Below are positions 12,921-25,493 of a DNA stretch of 64,000 nt, in pieces. The notes under the pieces were generated by a model. It saw nothing but the letters and a program-made list of their open reading frames with translations. It did not search any database and was not told the origin of the DNA. This stretch comes from Lytechinus pictus (Eukaryota). The translations under genes were made by a program, and so were the position numbers. Position 1 is the stretch's first letter. Every line of letters starts with the position of its first letter. The stretch is from assembly GCF_037042905.1 (NCBI RefSeq), contig NC_087250.1, positions 4,342,001 through 4,406,000 of the forward strand. Direction: 5' to 3'.

Positions 12921-13749
12921 CTAGACCCGCAGCTCCGCCTCCCCCCTGTTATAGAGCGACCATTTGTATGCTGTCCATATCAACATTAACTCCCTTGTCT
13001 ACAGAAAATATCTACCAATAAAGGGCTGAGAAGACAAAATAATAAAAGAGTCCAAAATAATAATCAACCTGATTCTGTGTTTTAGCCCTTGTCCCATATC
13101 AAAGCCAGACTTAAAACGCTTAGACCTTCATGTAACATTTGGAGTGACACATGTAAGAGTGAACCCAAACAACCCTGCATAATAGAATATCATTCACTTG
13201 AAACGTATAGCATGCTTAAAGATACCAACCAAAATTAATACATGGTATCCAAGAGGGTTCTTATTGTAAGAGGTATTCTCTGACTGCACCGATAAAGGAT
13301 ACAGTTGATACAGGGAAGTGTTATAACACTTCCCTGGTTGATACAATGTAACCAAACTAACACTATCTGTTACAGACTCTTAAATGTTGTGCTTTTCCTG
13401 CACACACCAAATAATAGATCCCCCCCCCCCTTTTCAAAACTTTAATTGTTGGAAGGGTCGTTCCATATATCTATTTTTAAAGAAATTCTTGCCGGGATGT
13501 ACGATATAGGCCTATATATGATATGAATACTTAATAACAATCACTAGCAAGAAGATATTCTTGTTTTTAGATACTTAATTTAAAATTGCAATTGCGCACC
13601 GAGATATCCAACCTATCAGTACCTGCCTTGACATATTTGTTATTCTTCTGGGAACAATATAAAAGTTGTGCATTTAGATTCGGTATGAGAAGAGCCATTG
13701 ATTTTTGTATTATTCATACCTGTGGTATTTGTCAACAAAGGAGCTGTTT

Positions 13750-13880
13750 AGTAATTTGACCTTTGACTTGGCCGCTACCGCTCTGTAACAACTCGCATTG
13801 TAGTGGGGAATCCCCGCTTTGAATGTCGCTATCCATTGTATCGCAACGTATCTTTCGTGAAATCAAGAGAGGCCTACCAT
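13750..13880 (+). promoter_or_regulatory. Conserved upstream block of receptor gene 1, with an NF-kB-type site GGGGAATCCCC (13805-13815) and a DR1-like TGACCTTTGACTT
   Basis: Aligns by eye with 63587-63722 upstream of the paralogue. The kB motif is unchanged in both copies. Confidence 0.6.
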
Positions 13881-14141
13881 TAGACGCCCTGAAGGCCGCG
13901 CAGTAAATAGCATCATATTTTCATAATAATCATAATAATATGTGAATAGCTCTGAGAATGACTGTATAATCAGCTAGTATTCATGTGGAACGAAATTAAG
14001 AAATAAGAACAACTAAAAGGTGACTCTGACTCCGGAAGAATTCAATGAGCAATTCGAATATTGGTAACGCTGCTATTTATCGTCATATGTGTAATGATAC
14101 TACCATAATTATAATCCACCTTGGACCGAATATTATATGAA

Positions 14142-14193
14142 ATGGGATCTGCAGGTGTGGTGTGTGTCGTATTGGTTGTAGCCATTCTAATCG
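14142..14193 (+). CDS. FN3 receptor gene, exon 1 (signal peptide MGSAGVVCVVLVVAILI)
   Basis: ATG, a hydrophobic run, then a G|GTAAGT phase-1 donor. A paralogous exon lies at 63919-63970. Confidence 0.75.
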
Positions 14194-14439
14194 GTAAGTA
14201 TATCGGATGTGCCCATACTGCTAATGATGATTAAGCTGTATGTTATTGTGTATCAATCGTTTTTCGAAAATAAATATAAAGACAAAGTCATTTAGATTAG
14301 GGGCTTGTATAGCTCGCAAAGATTTTCTAGAGAGGCTTTATTTGTTTGATAACACCCCCCCCCCCGAAGAAAAAAAGTTTTCACTCCATAATTTATTGAA
14401 GGAGATTTAGAAAGAAAAAAAATTATATTAAACAGGAAA

Positions 14440-15066
14440 TGGCACCTGTAAACATAATGATTTTTTTCAACTATAATAATGATTTTCACCAGTATAATAC
14501 TCGTTCAGCTTCTCATTTTCATCTTCCACTGACCTCTAATAATCAAATTCATAATTCTTTTAAACATGCAGGACCTAGAATTTATAACAACTTAGATCCT
14601 ATAATTCGTTCTTGTTCAACAGCCTCCTCAATTAAAATTTTACTTAAAAGACAATTAATTAGTGGTTATTCATCTTGATTCCCTTTCCCTTTTCTAAACA
14701 TACATGTACCCTCCTCCCCCCTCTCTCTTCTCTCTTTCTCTCCTTTGTTTGAGTGCAATGGGTCATGGATGTGTGTTGGGTGTGGGCGATTCTGTGTTTG
14801 ATGTATGAATATATAATGATTACGTTATGATTATTAATGATTATTTGAATACCTGTAAAGGGGCAACTGCCTAACAAGATTTTAATCTTTTTGGTTGCCT
14901 CTTACCATATGTTGATTTTTTTTTTACATGAATGTATAAATTATATTTATTTGTTGTATATTTATTTGTTTTATGTTTTGTTACATTTATGCATTTATAT
15001 ATTATGTTATTTTACATTGTATTTGACTATTTTTATATGGTTAATAAATGAATTGAATTGAATTGA
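14440..15066 (+). mobile_element. 3' stub of a CR1/Crack-like LINE with a (TTGAA)n tail
   Basis: HQYNTRS...FHLP...SFKHAGPRIYNNL resembles the end of ORF 28862-30034. The tail is aataaatgaattgaattgaattgaa. Confidence 0.65.
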
Positions 15067-15285
15067 AAATGACAGGCAAAACAAAACGATTTTCACCAAA
15101 ACATCACGTTGATTTTTTTTAGAAAAAATATTTTCGAAGCCCCGAAAAAAGAAAAGAGAGAGACTAAAAATAAAAGACGAATGCATCCAAAACGTATTTT
15201 ATATCAGGGGCGTCGATCCATTTTCAGATTAGGGGGGCAAAATCATTAACGTTCCAAAGGCGCTCGATCGTACAAAACACCCACC

Positions 15286-15441
<156 letters not shown>

Positions 15442-15539
15442 TGTAAAGAAATGGATGAAGAGAACAATGGTAGGCGTAGCTTAAATCAAAGTTCCCCAGA
15501 GCTATCTACCCTTTGGAAAAATTGGTGATGCCGAAAAAA

Positions 15540-15609
15540 TGTCTCTGCCGGGAATCGAACCCGGGCCCCCAGCTTTGAACGCCGGTGCCTTAACCACTAG
15601 ACCAGAGAC
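15540..15609 (-). ncRNA. tRNA-like cloverleaf (probable SINE head, tRNA-Glu-like body) with TCA at the anticodon position
   Basis: GTCTCTG-GTCT AGTGGTTA AGGC-A-CCGGC GTTCAAA GCTGG-GGGC-CCGGG TTCGATT CCCGG-CAGAGAC-A. All four stems pair, but the linker nt 8-9 are missing. Confidence 0.6.
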
Positions 15610-15757
15610 ATTTTTTCGGCATCACCAATTTTTCCAAAGGGTAGATAGCTCTGGGGAACTTTGATTTAAGCTACGCCTACCATTGTTCTCTTCATCCATT
15701 TCTTTACAATATTTAAATAAAAAAGAGTTGCCAATGCTGTTGTACATGTATAACTTT

Positions 15758-15828
<71 letters not shown>

Positions 15829-15995
15829 AATGTAGTGTGATGATAAGTTTACTTCTACCAATCGCTGTTGAGTTGTGAATATTAAACATAATGAGATGAG
15901 GCGAGGCCAACTCAACAGATGACGCAGGACACCAAATAATGGTGCAAATAATGGTGTCCTGCGTCATCTGTTGAGTTGGCCTCGTCTCATCTCAT

Positions 15996-16027
<32 letters not shown>

Positions 16028-17200
16028 TATATGACTGATGAGACACAGACACGTATCTCACTACAAAGATAGTACGAGTGCCGAGAGTGAGCTCAAATTT
16101 CTTTATATTCTGAGGTGAAAACTTGATATTCTAAGCATTTTTGGTACCAATGATTAAGATTTGTATCTAAAAGAAGAATAGATGCGAGCGCGAAGCGCGA
16201 GCTGAAAATTTTGATATTTCGATCGGAAAAAATGACAGTTTACTGGACGTTTTTGATAAAGAACAAGCTATATATCCAAAAAAAGATTATTGCAAATTGA
16301 AGCAGTTCTTTTGAGGCTTAGAACTGAAAACGGGACATTTACATTCACCAATTTAATCATGAAAAGTATGAGTTTTTGCTACAGAAATTATGCGAGCGCG
16401 AAGCGCGAGCTGAAATTTTTTTTATTCCAATCTGAAAAGCGGACATTTTTAGCACGATTTTAAATAAAGAACGAGTTGTGTATCTCAATCTCGCTTGCTG
16501 AACATTACAATTTTTTTTTTTAAATGCATATCCGGAATTATTGGGGGGGGGGGGGCAAAATGATAAGTTTGCCCCCCCCCCAATATTTTCATTGGTGGGG
16601 CGATCGCCCCCCCCCCCTGCCCCCCCCCCCCCCCAGGATCGACGCCTCTGTTTTATATCATTACCTTCCTTTAGTTTTATATGACGTGGCCTATCTTTGA
16701 AGATGTATTTTTATTTGACTAGTCTACGTGCCTTATAGATTTAAATCCACTGAAATGTGTTTGACCCAAATGAGGACAAAGTAGAAAAAGAAAAAGAAAT
16801 AATTCAAAAGATTACAGGATTATTGTGAATTTAACAAACGAACCGAATATTGCTTTATATGTTTCTTTTTTATATAATTTTTCTTGTTTACCATAACCTT
16901 ACCAAAGGTTACCTTACTAAAAGCATCATGTTTACCTTGCTTTAAAGAATCATATTCAATCAATATTATTTTAGCTGTTCAAATACGTTTCACTCGGTTT
17001 TGTTTTTTTCTTTTGAACGGGTTCGATTCCCGGCAGAGACATTTTTTCGGCATCACCAATTTTTCCAAAGGGTAGATAGCTCTGGGGAACTTTGATTTAA
17101 GCTACGCCTACCATTGTTCTCTTCATCCATTTCTTTACAATATTTAAATAAAAAGAGTTGCCAATGCTGTTGTACATGTATAACTTTACACATTTATATA

Positions 17201-17232
<32 letters not shown>

Positions 17233-17233
17233 A

Positions 17234-17281
<48 letters not shown>

Positions 17282-17463
17282 TGATGATAAGTTTACTTCT
17301 ACCAATCGCTGTTGAGTTGTGAATATTAAACATAATGAGATGAGGCGAGGCCAACTCAACAGATGACGCAGGACACCAAATAATGGTGCAAATAATGGTG
17401 TCCTGCGTCATCTGTTGAGATGGCCTCGCCTCATCTCATTATATATATATTTGTATATATATA

Positions 17464-17501
<38 letters not shown>

Positions 17502-18484
17502 CTGATGAGACACAGACACGTATCTCACTACACAGATAGTACGAGTGCCGAGAGTGAGCTCAAATTTCTTTATATTCTGAGGTGAAAACTTGATATTCTA
17601 AGCATTTTTGGTACCAATGATTAAGATTTGTATCTAAAAGAAGAATAGATGCGAGCGCGAAGCGCGAGCTGAAAATTTTGATATTTCGATCGGAAAAAAT
17701 GACAGTTTACTGGACGTTTTTGATAAAGAACAAGCTATATATCCAAGAAAAGATTATTGCAAATTGAAGCAGTTCTTTTGAGGCTTAGAACTGAAAACGG
17801 GACATTTACATTCACCAATTTAATCATGAAAAGTATGGGTTTTTGCTACAGAAATTATGCGAGCGCGAAGCGCGAGCTGAAATTTTTTTAATTCCAATCT
17901 GAAAAGCGGACATTTTTAGCACGATTTTAAATAAAGAACGAGTTGTGTATCTCAATCTCGCTTGCTGAACATTACAATCTTTTTTTTTAATGCATATCCG
18001 GAATTATTGGGGGGGGGGGGCAAAATGATAAGTTTGCCCCCCCCCCCCAATATTTTCATTGGTGGGGCGATCGCCCCCCCTGCCCCCCCCCCCCCCCCCA
18101 GGATCGACGCCTCTGTTTTATATCATTACCTTCCTTTAGTTTTATATGACGTGGCCTATCTTTGAAGATGTATTTTTATTTGACTAGTCTACGTGCCTTA
18201 TAAATTTAAATCCACTGAAATGTGTTTGACCCAAATGAGGACAAAGTAGAAAAAGAAAAAGAAATAATTCAAAAGATTACAGGATTATTGTGATTTTAAC
18301 AAACGAACCGAATATTGCTTTATATGTTTCTTTTTTATATAATTTTTCTTGTTTACCATAACCTTACCAAAGGTTACCTTACTAAAAGCATCATGTTTAC
18401 CTTGCTTTAAAGAATCATATTCAATCAATATTATTTTAGCTGTTCAAATACGTTTCACTCGGTTTTGTTTTTTTCTTTTGAACG
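15602..18484. repeat. ~1.45-kb tandem duplication (15602-17019 / ~17034-18484)
   Basis: Both units run from cagagacattttttcggcatc to ttttttcttttgaacg. They differ mainly in microsatellite and homopolymer lengths. Confidence 0.88.
15888..15998. repeat. Near-perfect hairpin with ~47-bp arms; second copy at ~17332-17442
   Basis: ataatgagatgaggcgaggccaactcaacagatgacgcaggacacca ... tggtgtcctgcgtcatctgttgagttggcctcgtctcatctcattat. Confidence 0.85.
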
Positions 18485-18515
18485 AGCGAATTATCTAGCA
18501 TAATTATCATGTACG

Positions 18516-18756
18516 CACTGGCAGATCCAGGGGTGGGGGGGGGTGAGGCAAAGACTGCCCCCCTTGACAGGCACAATTAAAATTTGCTGTTAAAACAGGA
18601 GTGTGCCCCCCCCCCCCCCTCTTGAAAGTGGTGATCTTTTTTTTCGTGGACGAAATGTCCTTATTTTTTTTGTTTGAAACCTTTTTTTGGCTTGGCAAAT
18701 TCTTCCTTAAGGAAAATCCCCCTTTTTATTTTTTGAAAATCCTGGATATGCCCCTG
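18516..18756. mobile_element. hAT-type MITE
   Basis: Ends CACTGGCAGATCCAGG / CCTGGATATGCCCCTG. TSD CATGTACG at 18508-18515 and 18757-18764. Confidence 0.75.
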
Positions 18757-19208
18757 CATGTACGTTTAGTTAGTTTAGATGAAATTTTCAGTCCTATGCT
18801 TGTTGGATTTTTCTCTTTTATTCAAATCAACTTTTTGTTGGGGTGAACTTGTCCTTTAATGGTTTACCCTTTCTCTATGGCATCCTTGTACCCTATACCA
18901 AAACCTTGGTTAATTCGTTGGGTGTTTAAAGGGATGCTCCGGGCTGAAGATATTTATATTTCAATATATAGAGTAAAGTTCACAGAGCAAAATGCTGAAA
19001 ATTTCATTAAAATCGGATAACAAATGACGAATTAATCGAATTTTTTAAGTGTTTGCATTATTCCGGTGAAACAGTTCTCGGCAAGTCTTCATGTATTTTA
19101 GTGGATTTTTCTCCCCCCCCCCTCAAAAAAAAAAAACAATTGCAGGATTGCGATAAATCATTATTTTCATTTGTTTCATTTGTTTTCATTTTTCATTGTT
19201 TTATTTAG

Positions 19209-19256
19209 TTTACTCGGCTGTGATCTCATATCTCCACTTCAGAACTAGCAATCCAA
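19209..19256 (+). CDS. FN3 receptor gene, exon 2 (48-bp micro-exon, VYSAVISYLHFRTSNP)
   Basis: Pyrimidine tract + TTTAG| acceptor and A|GTGAGT donor. Phase 1-1 and open. Confidence 0.55.
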
Positions 19257-19719
19257 GTGAGTATACATATGGTGATATATTTTTATAAAATATGCATGAT
19301 ACCACAAGATTAGATTTTAATTTTCTTACCCCCCCCCCCCCGAAAAAAAATACATATCCGTACAAATGTCAAGGAACAAAATAAAGTAAGTTGAATTCGG
19401 CACAAAATGTTAGAATCGAAACGTTAGAGAAACAAGTGGTCTTGGCTCTTAAAACCTTTAGTAATTACAAGTGTTTAGCTTGCTAAAGCGAGGTCCACCG
19501 ATTAAGGACAGTAGCAAGCAGGGGAAAATTTAAGATAATAACTGCATATAACGTACGAGAGAAGATTTAAAGAAAGTAAAGAACGATATCAGAGGTGGTG
19601 CAAAGAACTGAAACTTAAGTAAAAACTTCTTGTTATAAAATACTTAAAGATTAATGACCACTCACCCTTCTGCAAAGAAATGAAAGTTGCGATGACGGTA
19701 ATGATTTTAACAACAGTAA

Positions 19720-19746
19720 TAATCATAATTATAATAATAGTTATAA

Positions 19747-19800
<54 letters not shown>

Positions 19801-19905
19801 AAGTAGTATTAGCATTAATAGTTGGAGTAGCAGTAGTAGTAGTTAGATAGTTAAAGAAGTAATAATAATGATGATGATAATAATAATAATAATAGTAATA
19901 ATAGT
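19720..19905. repeat. (AGT)n/(AAT)n microsatellite
   Basis: Direct reading. Confidence 0.9.
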
Positions 19906-20569
19906 ATTAAGCAGAGGTGGATCATGGATTTTCCAGAGGGGGGGGGGGGGTACATATGTTATCAAGGAAAATTCGACAAGCAAAACAAACAAAATAAAAA
20001 AATAAATAAAATCCTCACTTGTGCATAAACGACATATTTACAATAGAAACTTTGATTGTGGCTCTTAAGGGGGAGGGGGTGGGCACGGCGGGGCGAGAGC
20101 TTGATTGCAAGGCCGTCGCTAAGGGGGGGGGGGGGTATGTGGGGGTGCAGCCCCCCCCCCACACATACCACATAAATATGGTATCAAATTAATTGGGAGA
20201 AGATATTATTTACAGCTATATAAAATTATTATGCGTTCATGTCATTATCTTTTCCATAAAATGGGGATTTGTGAGTTGCCACTCCTTGTTTACTCACACG
20301 GTATATAGTAAAACTAAAACGGTTTTTAAATTAAATCCGCTCTTGTGATTAAATCCGCTCGGTGAAATTAGGTATTTTAACATTCGAAACATGATAGTAC
20401 CAGTACAAAGACACAAGGGAAAGAACGAAGGTAAAAACTCGTTCCCATTGCCTTGCGATTATTTACAAAAGCCACTATTGGCTTATCGTAACTGATCGCG
20501 AAAATCTTTATAATTTTTTTCCGGTGACGTCAAAACAACAATTGAATCAACCGCATTCCTGTTACCTTG

Positions 20570-22713
20570 CAGTGGCGTAACAGGCGGGGGGGCAGGGGGG
20601 GCAAGCTGCCCCCCCTGGCGGATTTCAACGGGAAAATTTAAAAAAAAGCGGGAAAAAAAAGAGAAAAGGGAGAAAGAGAGAAAGGGGAAGGGAAGGAAAG
20701 AAAGAAAAAGAGGAAAAGGAAAAAGGGAAAGGGAAAAAATTAAAAGAAATGGAAAGAAAGGAAGAACATAAATAGGGAAAATAGAAGGAAAGCGGGAAAA
20801 AGAAGGAAAGAAGAACACGTGAGGAAGTATAAATATCCTGAAATACTAATACCATAGCATGATTAGCAAGAGAGGGATATAAAATCAAAAGGGATGACTC
20901 AGCAATGGCATGCACGGGCAAGAATGGCGGGAAAATGGGAGAAAGAGGCAGAAAGAAACGGGAAATGAAGGAAGAACCAAATGCTTAATTGGAAAATCAG
21001 AATATATAGAGAAAAGGGACGTAAATAATAAGCGAACTTTAAGGTGGTGGTGGTGATTTTTTACCTGATTCCTAAGAAAGCATGAATGCTTGTAAGCAAG
21101 CAACCACCTTAATAACACGACCGGGTTGCCTAGGATTGAAAAATGTAAAGAACGGTAAGAAAGGTGGATGGCGTCTATTATAAGCTTGCTAAATTGTATG
21201 CAATATATAATGGTCGCAATCAGGACAAAGTGTCCCGGGAAAAATCCTTAGCCAAAGTAGGGTCAGCCAAGGGCTAGTCATATCCCCCGATATTATGTCC
21301 TAAGTAAATTAAGCTATGCGCTGGCAAGATTTACCGTAAAAAGCCAATTTACTTTGGCTAAATTTGCAAAGCTACTATCACATAAGTAGAATTTAATTTC
21401 AAAATCATTTTTAAAGACCATTTTTTTCTGGCTCGCTTCGCTCGCTTGCGACTTTTATATTATATTAAAAGTTATATGGGTTATGTATGTACCCGCGTTT
21501 TGATAAAACAGTTGCCATCTGCAATGTTTAAAAATATCCCGACGTTCCGGGGGCTCCGCACCAGACCAGTAGCGACAGGAAGGGGGAGGCACGGGGGGCA
21601 TTTGCCCCCAGTGAGTTGGCCCCACTCCCAAAATTTTGAAAAATAAAAGAAATGTATAGTAAATGTTGTCATAGGCAGTCTACTAAAGCTGCTAAGTGCT
21701 CCGAAACAGCTTTTTCGTTCCTTAAATTTTGAAAATTTTCCCATCCATTCACTGTTAGCTCCCAATAATTTTTGTCACTCACATAAATCTTTTAGGTCAT
21801 TTTTAAAATTCAAAATGTCGCCCGCGCTATACACGCTCGCAGTAGCTGTTGACTGAGATAAGTAAATTATCTGTTCAAATGGGGCTTAATAATCCATTGT
21901 TCAAGTCAGTATGCTTTTCGTGATTAGAGTTTTTATTATTCGTTTTGGCGAGATACGCATCCTGCCTATTCATAAGTTTCATAAATAAAAAATTTCAGCT
22001 CGCGCTACGCGCGCTCGCATCAAATGTTTAATTAGATAGCCATCCAGTTCATGATTACAAAAAGTGCTTACAAACCGTCCAGTTATCATCTCAGGATGTT
22101 AAAATTTTTCAGCTCGCGCTTCGCGCTCGCATTATTTATTTGGTGAGGTATCAACTTCATGACCCAATGCAAACATCTAGTCCTTAACAGGTCCCTTTTC
22201 AAATCAATAGGGTCTACATTAAAAACAAATAGCTCGCGCTTCTTGCTCGATTTTGAGAAATAGGCAAAATATTTGTGTGTTGACCCGCCCCCAAATGTTC
22301 TTTTGCCTCCCCCGAGGTTAAAAATCCTGGGCCGCCATTGCCCCAGACCCGATCCGCATAGCACTGGCCCCCAAAAGTTCTACAACCGAGAACATAAAAG
22401 AAAAGATGAAAGAAAAGGAAAGGAAGATGTAAGATATGATGTTATTTTCTGAATACCATGTCACAATCAATCTCAAAGTTAGATTCTCATGAAAAGCTCT
22501 TTTTTTTTCTCGCTCGCTTCGCTCGCTCGGGACTTATATTAAGCATGCTGTGCCCCCTCTTTTTTTTTTTTGGGGGGGGGGATACTTATCACGCATTGAG
22601 CTTTGACCTAATGCTCGGGGCACAATCATAAAAAATCATGTTCATACCATGATATGACCGGGAAATTTTTGGCTCTTGCCCCCCCCTGGCCACCGACCCC
22701 TGTTACGCCACTG
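20570..22713. mobile_element. hAT-type non-autonomous element, probably with a nested relative at ~21567-22340
   Basis: TIR CAGTGGCGTAACAGG / CCTGTTACGCCACTG. TSD TTACCTTG at 20562-20569 and 22714-22721. Confidence 0.85.
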
Positions 22714-22857
22714 TTACCTTGGGTAATGCGTGTGTTGTTTTGTTTTTTAAACCAGACACTCCCTTGACCACATAAGCCTGTTTTTCAAATGTTTTTTTTT
22801 ATCTGAAAGTAAGTAAGAAAATTAAAATAACAACTTACGAATTTTACATTCGTTTAG

Positions 22858-23163
22858 CCTTGCCGACTCTGAAGAACGCACCCGAAGTGATCGGTGTTAC
22901 GACCTCGTATATTTGGGTTTCATGGCATCTAAATTACAATGGTAACGGTCCAGTCTGCGGGTCCACTGTCTATCTCCAAAATCCTTCATCGACATCGTGG
23001 ACGAGTGTCGGTTTTGTTCCCTTGGAAGGTGATGCAAACTACCAATTCGTGATTGACCGACTGGATGCAGGGACCGGCTATGGTATAAGTGTCCGTCTTC
23101 TCCACTGCTCGGGGAAAGAAGGGACAGCAAGTCCCGAACTGTCCACGTCAACACAGAATTATG
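22858..23163 (+). CDS. FN3 receptor gene, exon 3 (FN3 domain 1)
   Basis: TTTAG|...G|GTAAGT, 306 bp, phase 1-1. Motifs IWVSW, GNGPVCG, W..VGFVP, LDAGTGYGISV. Confidence 0.85.
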
Positions 23164-23220
23164 GTAAGTTGATATTTACCCCCTTGTTCATTCCGAAGTC
23201 GGGTTTAGGTTACACGGGCC

Positions 23221-23520
23221 CATGGGCGGAAATCCCAGGGGGACATGTTCCCCCTACTTAAAATAGTAGGGGACACAATATCAAATGTCCCCCTAATATT
23301 TTTGGTCTCTTATGACATGATGGTAAAAAATACATCATTCAAAATCGAAATAAATCTTACATTTTGGGACAAATGACCTTACTTTTGGGATAACCTTTTT
23401 TTTTTTTTTTTTTTTTTTTGGGGGGGGGGGGCTTGTCAAATTTATTTCCGTCGAAATGACCTTCAATTTTTTTTCCAGCCCCTTGTCCCTCTTACCTTTT
23501 GGGATAGATTTCCGCCCCTG
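23221..23520. mobile_element. hAT-type MITE inserted in another repeat
   Basis: Ends CATGGGCGGAAATC / GATTTCCGCCCCTG. TSD CACGGGCC on both sides. The host repeat has uninterrupted inverted homologues at ~55140-55510. Confidence 0.8.
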
Positions 23521-24059
23521 CACGGGCCTAACTACAACTGGCAGGCAACAGATATTTATTCGACCCAACCCATTCTCAATTTTTATATTTGATATTGCTG
23601 ATTGACAAAAATTAATGAAAATCAGTGACAATCTAACACTGATTCTAGGGAGTGTAACTACTGAACTTCCCTTTTCCACATTAGAAAGATATATCACTGC
23701 TGAGAAACCTTTTTAATGGTGGAATAATTAGGGACATTCTACTCTCTCAAGTGATGAATTTGATCCTGTCAGGTGTAGTCTTCGAAAATGCCGATTTATT
23801 TTTAAAATGAGCCGGTTGAGGTACCCTTTCTGGTCAGATATGAAATGTCAGACATGTATCCTATCCACTGGTAGTAAGCATTCAACCCTCTTAAATTTCC
23901 TCATTTTTTAATGATTTTTTTAAGTGCCACTTTAACACATGAGTCTATAGGAAATGAATTAGGCATGTGAAACCTATAATTCAAACTCTGGTCTAAAGTT
24001 GTGGTTTGATTATGAATAGCCAATTTTAACATAAATCTCTAATAATATAAGTTCAATGC

Positions 24060-24207
24060 AGGGGAAAAATCCTTCCGGGTACCCATTCACCTCACCTGGG
24101 TCGAGTGCAGCACAATATGGGTAAATTTCTTTCTGGAGGAAACCACGCCATGGCTGGGATTCGGACCCACCTCCGAGAGTCGTAACCACTAGACCACAAC
24201 GCGCCCA
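24060..24207 (-). mobile_element. tRNA-derived SINE fragment; family members also at ~30280-30500 (-) and ~60925-61095 (+)
   Basis: A-box TGGTCTAGTGG and B-box-like GGTCCGAATCC. The core tgtgctgcactcRacccaggtgag is shared by all three copies. Confidence 0.65.
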
Positions 24208-24334
24208 TGATTGATTGGCTGATACCTACCACGTGACCAACCATTTATTCGAGCTAACAGGCATATATACTAATGACTGGTACAAATTACCATGGTGACT
24301 TGTACTATTGACCGGTTAAAGCTTTGGTATGAAA

Positions 24335-24794
24335 TGTGACCAGCCACCCCCAAAACCAACAAGTCACCCAGAACGAATCGAGTTTGAACAAGCGAATCCC
24401 AATTTTTAAAATGATATGTGATTTGTCAAACTTGATCAACAATAACTCACTCAAATACTTAATTGAATGCAGATAAAACAAAGCCAGAGCTTCAGAAGAT
24501 CACAAAAGTATAAGATGTGCACTCTGTGCCATTTCAATGAAACTTCTAAGCAGTCCACAAAAACTTGCATCAAAGAAACTCTTGTATTTTTTTCTATACA
24601 ACTGAACAACTTGAAGTTTTTAAAGTATAAAGATTAAGAAATACTCCTTTAGACCATGGACCTACTAGCTAGTAGGTCCATGATTAGACAAGCTATTTTT
24701 GTCTTTTTTTTTTGAAAACCAAATTACTATTTTGCCTATCAATAAAGAACCTTCCCTGGCGACTTATTTGTGGTTTTGGGGTGGATGGTCACAA
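24335..24794. mobile_element. TIR element (MITE), superfamily unassigned
   Basis: TGTGACCAGCCACCCCCAAAACCA... / ...TGGTTTTGGGGTGGATGGTCACA. Confidence 0.6.
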
Positions 24795-24854
24795 ATGCAG
24801 TACACGTAGCTTTGCTCGGGCATTGAATTGTAGTTATTCGTTAACCGTTAACCG

Positions 24855-25105
24855 GACATGGCTGCTCAGTGGTAAAGTGTCCGCCTCATGAACAGGAGGT
24901 CGTGGGTTCGGTCCTCGGCCGAGTAATTCCAAAGACTAATATAGAAATGAGACCTCCTACCTTCTTGCTAGGTGCTCAGCATTTAGTTTATAGAAGGGCA
25001 GGAACAATACCATTATTTTGTCATGCAGGGCCCGTTGGTAGAGCAGTTTCCTATAACTGCAGTGGCTACCATGGGTAAATAAAACGTTATTATTATCATT
25101 ATTGT
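24855..25105 (+). mobile_element. tRNA-derived SINE with an (ATT)n tail
   Basis: A-box-like TGCTCAGTGG, B-box GGTTCGGTCC, tail taaataaaacgttattattatcattatt. Confidence 0.65.
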
Positions 25106-25160
25106 TTGGCCTATAATATAAGAACAAAATATTAAAATTCATTCTTATTTCATTTATTAG

Positions 25161-25493
25161 TTTTGCCCAGCTTGCACCAGCACCCTAGCACAATAGCATC
25201 AGGAACAACCTATGCAACTATCCTATGGCAAGATGAATACGTCGGTGATGGTCCTACGTGCGGCTATGCTATTGACAGGAGGGGTCTAGGGGATGACACC
25301 ACGCCTTGGACGACAGCAGGTTTCGTGCCATTGCAACCGGGTCCACAGTCTGTGGAACAAAGTGTCTTCAACCTAACTGGCTTAGAACCGTCTATGGGGT
25401 ACCAGGTCTCAGTAAGACCTATCATGTGCGACGGTGCAAGGATTATTCAACTCGGAGAAGGGCCATTATTGTCTCTCAGGACTTCCTCAATTG
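25161..25493 (+). CDS. FN3 receptor gene, exon 4 (FN3 domain 2)
   Basis: ATTAG|...G|GTGAGT, 333 bp, phase 1-1. Motifs GDGPTCGY and LTGLEPSMGYQVSV. Confidence 0.87.

Noticed and set aside
13853..13862. TTTCGTGAAA as a STAT site
   Set aside because: The TTC-GAA spacing is 2 nt, whereas canonical STAT sites have 3-4. It is kept only as a conserved motif of unknown factor.
15540..15609. Functional tRNA-Sec or a genuine tRNA gene
   Set aside because: It lacks the long variable arm and nt 8-9, has G at position 32, and is embedded in repeat sequence.
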